Assembly: GCF_009914755.1 (NCBI RefSeq)
Contig: NC_060925.1
Direction: 5' to 3' (one strand)
Source of the DNA: the human T2T-CHM13v2.0 reference genome, Homo sapiens
DNA length: 64,000 nucleotides
Shown here one piece after another: positions 57,804-64,000 of this stretch (position 1 is the first letter of the stretch; each line of letters opens with the position of its first letter). The translations under genes and the position numbers were made by a program. The notes beneath the pieces were generated by a model. It did no database searches. It saw only the letters and a list, made by a program, of their open reading frames with translations, and was not told where the DNA came from.

Positions 57804-59168
57804 TCACTTGAGACTATTCTAAGAAGGCCATATGCAGCAGGAGGATGAATGCAGATTCAGGCTCTGGACACTTGATGGTTCCTTAAAATGGATGTGTAAA
57901 TTTAACATTTAAGATAGGGTCGGATATTAATTACCAAAAAAAGGGTAATTATTTAAAGAAACTTTGTGGTGATTACATCTGTGAAAATGAAGAATCATTC
58001 TGTAATGTGAATCCTGACTCTAATTCAGAGGTCCTTCACTCACTAATTAAAACTGATGGACTGGTCAGAACCCAGTAGATCCCATGTATTCCAACTTAAC
58101 ACGTATGGTTTATAAGTATAAATTTTTGCATATTGAGCTGGATTAAAATAGGGGCCTATCCATACCTTTTCTTGATGCTGCCTGCAGAGTTTACAAATTG
58201 AGACTGAGAAATATATATTTCAAAACTCCACACATGACAGTGTAGATTCCCTGGACAGCAAAACAGACTGTTCTAATAAGAATGACCCTTTGAGAATCTC
58301 CTTTTTGGACTGGCCCCTTCCTCAGTGGCAGGTGGGGTAGAAGCACTGCACAAACTTCTCCCCAACCAAGAGCAGGGAATTCTGAGTACACGATTCTCAA
58401 TATGCCGTTCCACCCCCATTCCCACCTGGCTTTCTTCATATTGCCTCACCTGAATTGCCCACCATACTCAGTTGTAAGTGCCTGCTGACTTCTGCCTCCT
58501 GTGGTAGATTGTGGGTGGCAGAGGCCAGGCAGGGTGCTATCCTGTTCGATGTTGCGTCCCTACCCTAACACAGTTACTGGGCACATTTTCTGGTCACTCC
58601 ATAACAATGTGTTGAGGGAAGGAATAGATAAGTAAATGAATGTTAAATTAATCACCACTTTAACTAGTAGACCCATCCCAGAGTCAGCTTTCTCCTTACA
58701 CCTTGCCCAGTGTGAAGCAGGTGCCAAGTACTCTTCAGGGAGCTTACTTCCCGGGCCCTCCCACCAGTGTCTGATGACAGCTACAGCTCTGTGGGAAGGA
58801 CCCTGGGCATCTCGGAGGGGTTGGAAACTGCTGACCCACGCATTTGGAAAACCCAGAAATAGCAGAGCTGGTGGTACCCAGGGTCTGAAAAAAATATTCA
58901 GATGTCAGTTTTTGGCTTATCTTCCTCCAAACCTTTTGCAACAAGTATTTCACTGATAAAATGTGAGGGAGGGAGGTAATATTTTACAGGTAAATTGCTA
59001 TGGACAGCATGGTCCAAAGTATATAGTAAGCGTTCCATAAATATTTGCTCAGTGGAGGTACAAACTGGGAGAATCCAGTCCCCATATACTAATCATCCTC
59101 CTTCAGGTATTTGGAAGGAGTACCTGAACCAGGTGGATGCAAATGGCATTTGCCGTCACCGTCCTAAG

Positions 59169-59251
59169 TATTAGTTTGAACCACATGAAATTGTCATTTA
59201 GTAGGTCAAAAATGTTCAAATATCAGCAATTTCATACAGTTCAAAATGTTA
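59169..59251. mobile_element. MADE2 mariner MITE (hairpin)
   Basis: 'tattagtttgaaccacatgaaattg...caatttcatacagttcaa' inverted termini. Confidence 0.75.
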
Positions 59252-59515
59252 CAGGTTGAAATGTGCTGCCTCATCACTAGAAACAAGTCAAGGCTGAATC
59301 CTGCTGATAATAAAAAGTCCAAATCGTAAAGCAGGACATTAGCAGCCTTTTGGGAGAACAAAGGACCAAAGCAAACATGAAGGATACACAATTGCCCTTG
59401 GTCAGTTCTTCGTAAAGTGCATTCTAAGCCATTTTATGAGGAAAAAAGAAAAGGACTCATTTGGGAAATGCTGCAAACCACATCTTTTTCCTAGAGTTTC
59501 AAAATGTGAATTAAA

Positions 59516-59849
<334 letters not shown>

Positions 59850-60299
59850 TTAGCGTATCAAAGAATCTGAGTGTATATACAATAAAGAAAGTCATTTAAT
59901 GATATTTAATCCAGGGCATTCTAAATTTATTTGACTAGTGAAACCTTATTTGAAGATAATGCCTACTCTCACAGTTAACAGTTTGGGACTACCAGGACCT
60001 ACTTCTGCCCCATGATCCAAGTGCCTCTACCCCTTTCAATCCTGACTTCTTAGGCCTAAACATACTACACATTTAACCCCATCTGAGACATAGAGGCCCT
60101 TGACAGAGGTCCATTTCTACTCTTTCTTGCTGTTTCCTCATAATGTAAAAAGGGTAGAATCTCAGGCTACTCCACGTGTCAATCAATACACAGGTTGCAT
60201 TCTATAGATACAGTATTCAGTTTGTGCATATTTCACACTGCTATCAGCCCAGTGTTCATGTATTTTAGTGAATAATAGTGGGGATAATTTGGGGAATAA

Positions 60300-61490
60300 C
60301 AAGACCTACTATTTATTATACATTTACCATGTGCTTTTCACACTGCACTGTGTCTTAACATTTCGAATATCTCTCATGTGTATTACATTCCTCACAATGA
60401 GCCAGGGAAGTCGGTATTTTTTTCCCTATTGTACAGACAATTATTAGTGCCCCTAAGATGTCAAGTTTGTGACCCAAAGTCCATAGAGGGATTAAATGAT
60501 ACCAGTTCCTATGCTTCTTCCACCACATTAATAAAGGCCGATACGTGTATAATGCTTACTGTGAACCAGGCACCAAATTCTAACTCATTTGGCTCATAAT
60601 AAAACAATGTAGGTACTATTAGTATTCCCATTTTCAACTGGGGAAACAGAGGCTGAAGAAGTTAACCAATCTGCTTAAAGTCACACACAGCTAGAAAAAG
60701 GCAGGGCTGGAATTTAGACTACTACTGAATAGTGAGTGGTTCTACAATAAATTAAGGCAGTTAACCATGTTTAAACCAAGACTTTCCAAGCCTATTTGAC
60801 TAGGTAATCATTATTTGTAGGGCATGCCTATTACCACAGCTAACAATTTTGGAGAATGCAATTTGGGAATCACCAAACCAACTTCCTCCCGTTGATCCAG
60901 GCACCTCCAGCTCCCAATCCAGAGTTCATGCCTTTTTATTCTACCTGCTGTCTTAGAGACCCCATAGTCTGTTTTCTGCCTGTCTCCTGGTTGCAGAGGC
61001 TACGTGTCAAGACCTGTCCATCTGCACTCTTGATTCTCTCTAAGTGCCTTATAATGTGACCAAATCAATATAACACATTTGTAAAGGCTAATGTAAATTA
61101 TTTCAGAATATAAAGTGAATTTTTCCTCTAACATCCCTATAAAGAAAAACAATCTTTTGTGCTTTCAGTAACTAAAAAACCTAGAAGTCTCTAGTATTAC
61201 AAAGCTATGAATTACAATGTGAGTATCAAATTCTATGAAGGTTTTCTAAAAGAATTGAGTTCAACACAAGTCACCTTCAGTTTCACCACGTTTGCGATGA
61301 ATAAAATCTAACATTTATTGCATGTTTATTATGGACCAGGCACTCTGCCATGTGCTTTACCTAGATTATCTTATTTCACAACAACTTATGAGTTGGATGC
61401 TGTTGTTACTCCCATCTTATAGAAGGCACTAGGATTTTAAGTAACTTGCCCAAGACCACACAGCTATCTAGCAAATGGTGGAGCAGCATA
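60300..61490 (-). mobile_element. Cluster of MIR relics (~60300-60520, 60545-60725, 61305-61490)
   Basis: 'cccattttcaactggggaaacagaggctgaagaagttaacc', 'aagtaacttgcccaagaccacacagct'. Confidence 0.65.
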
Positions 61491-62135
61491 TGAAGGGGAG
61501 AATCCCTCTTTTAAGTGTCTTCTGCCACTTTAGATGCTAACTCTGGGGTTCACAGAGCAAAGCCAAAATGAGCCCCCAGGTTTTAACAAAGTGATCATTT
61601 GCTTTTTGCAACCCTTCATTAGAAAGTATATGACATCTACCAAATGGGCATCCTTGGGGAAGCTTCAAAATCTGTCAACTGGAAATAAGATTCTAGAGGG
61701 GAAACCCTAAAACCTTTAATTGCTCCAAGATGATACGCTGGTTTGGCAGATCTGGCTCAACTTAAAAGGAAGTTTTTTTGGAAGGTATAACTAGCATTAA
61801 AGAAACATGATTCTTGTTCTCATACTTATAAAATCATAGTTGTCATTTCTAGGTTTGCTGAAGACTTGGTTTTATAATCTTTTACTAAACTGGAGAAAAC
61901 TCACTTAGGTACATTCTGCACTTTTTGTCCCTTCACCAAAGAACCTCATAGGGTCTTAAATATTTTTAAGTTACTCAAGACACCAAGTATTAATTTTCAC
62001 CGTGTAGACATTAGAGGGAAAATCTCTTTATATACTAAAATAATTTATTTTACATTAACCTTTACAAATTGCTACATTGATTTGGTTATATTAAAAGGCT
62101 TTAAGAGAAAATCAAAATTGCGTTAAGAAAGTATT

Positions 62136-62262
62136 TTTTTTCTCTTCTTTTCTTTTTTCAATTGAGATGGGGTGTCACTATATTGTCCAGGGTGGCCTCA
62201 AACTATCCTCCCACCCTGGCCTCCTAAAGTGTGATTACAAGCATGAGCCACCACACCCAGCC
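62136..62262 (-). mobile_element. Alu monomer (FLAM-like)
   Basis: Single arm; TSD aagaaagtatt on both sides. Confidence 0.85.
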
Positions 62263-62484
62263 AAGAAAGTATTATAAAATCTAAAGTAACTGGAGCTTCA
62301 ATTAGTTTACTGTTTTCTTAGAAATACAAGTACAGATGGATTTTCAAGGAGGTAAAAGAGATGAAAACAGAAGGTAAAAATGATAATTTAATGAGGCAAA
62401 GAGGTGAACTTGAGAATTTGCACCTAAAGACAAGCTTAAAAAAAACAGAATAAATAATCCTGGGAGGCTGTACAAGAACAAAGC

Positions 62485-62890
62485 CTTAGAGTCCCATAGC
62501 ATGGGCTCACTAATTAGATATGTGACCTAGTGCAAGATACCTATTCTGCCCTACTTGGCTCCTTCCTATTTAAATGAGCTTGCTAATAAGACCTACCTCA
62601 TAAGGTTGCTTGCTGTGAAAATTAAATAAGACAATGTGCAAAAAGCCCTTAGGACAATGTCTGGTAAGTGTTCAATAACTGTTAGCTATTAAAAGCAGAA
62701 AATGTCATTATGGCTGCATATTTGGATGGCGGTGGAGAAGGTAAATTAAACAAAGGTAAGTTAAAACAAAACGTGGGCAATGATAGGTCTGCTGAGGCAT
62801 TAATACTAGAACTGACACCTTGTAGGTGCTTAGTAAATATTGAATGAGTGAATGAATCAGTCAATCAATCAATCAGTGAATGAATCAATG
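62485..62890 (+). mobile_element. MIR (62485-62690) and L2 3' tip with (TGAA/TCAA)n (~62810-62890)
   Basis: 'acctacctcataaggttgc...aaattaaataagacaatgtgc', 'gtaggtgcttagtaaatattgaatgagtgaatgaat'. Confidence 0.65.
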
Positions 62891-64000
62891 AAAGGAGTCA
62901 CAGGAAGAAAAACTTACTCTTAGAAAAGCTCAATTCTTTGCATTCTACAGGCTCCGTAATCTCCCCTAATCTATCCATAAGACAGAAGTTATCTGCCACA
63001 ATTCAGAATAGCCTTTCCATGTCTCATGTAGCATCTCACGTCAGTGCAGTAAATTTGTAACTTCTTGCAAAAACTACCCTAAAATATACACAAAGACACC
63101 ATGAACTTATAAACAAGAACTCTAACTTGAAGTGACCTCACCATGAGGATAGGAGAAAAAGATGTTTAAAGATGAAGTAATATTTAACACATCCCTTATT
63201 TCTGCCTAAATAGTGTGATTTGAAATGTCTGAGTGTTGTGTGAAAAAAAAGTATATATATATACACACACATACTTTTTTGAAAAATATAACTATAAAAG
63301 AAAAGAGAGTGTGTTGAGTGAGGAAGTTGAAATGAGAAGCCAAGATATTAGTTATTTTTCTGCCACTAGGAGAGGTATCATTATTCTATGTTCCTTCAAT
63401 TCAGCTATGTACCTTCAGAAATTACTTTCAGCTTCTTTCCAATTCTGAATCATGAGTAAAATCACAAACACGTTCAACAACAATATGTTCCTCTTGCATA
63501 AATGTCTCTTCTAGGCCACATACATAATTAAAATCCTGTTGACTCAGGAATAACATCTCAGAACTGAATGTCCAAACTCTGTAACTTGCTTCCTTTTCTA
63601 ACCAGACAGCACAGCTGCCAAGAGCTTCTGGGCCCTCTGCCTCTTTTCTCCATGTATAATTATTATATATTATATAGCATATATTTGATTTGCCAAAGCC
63701 TCCCAGTAAAGGTTCCTGTGACTACTTATTTGAACTTTGTTGTGTATACACGTGACCAAAAACACAGTGTACCAAAGAAAAAGAAGAAAAGGAGGTGGCG
63801 TGGGAGTGGATGTGCTTAGCAATTCTTTTTTTTTTTCCCGTGGAAATGAGATGAAAGTCTTAAGGCAAACGAATATACACTGCTTTGTAAAGCAAAATTC
63901 ACTTAAGGTGAAAGGATATTTTAAAAATTAGTGATACCATTACGTAATTCAAATCCTTGGTTTACAACATTTGAAATGAGAAAATCGATGTTAAAATTCT

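Overview
Primate, most likely human, non-coding genomic DNA: AT-rich, CpG-depleted, with no CpG island and no host protein-coding exon that I recognise. It contains about 17 Alus, including a very young AluYb-lineage copy. There is one full-length but inactivated L1PA (best guess L1PA6, 37150-43340, 15-bp TSD) plus older L1 fragments, and solo LTRs (MER39-like, THE1, MLT1 family, LTR33-like). L2/MIR relics, DNA-transposon relics (MADE2 x2, ORSL-like, MER46C-like, MER102-like, MER5-like) and several microsatellites are also present. Two processed pseudogenes are visible: a degraded RPL23A copy (~46.4-46.7 kb) and a TSD-flanked, 3'UTR-dominated retrocopy of an unidentified gene (10.4-12.3 kb, minus strand). 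Apart from the L1 ORFs, the ORF track is chance or repeat-derived. The best leads are (i) an ATG-intact L1 ORF0 homologue open for 171 codons into flanking DNA, with antisense splice donors; (ii) a candidate minus-strand TATA promoter and first exon near 54.5 kb; (iii) candidate exons and a convergent CTCF motif pair around the repeat-poor 22-32 kb block; (iv) fold-back and templated-insertion scars. I see no firm evidence of a new biological system. Repeat subfamily names come from remembered consensus sequences, and boundaries of old repeats are approximate.
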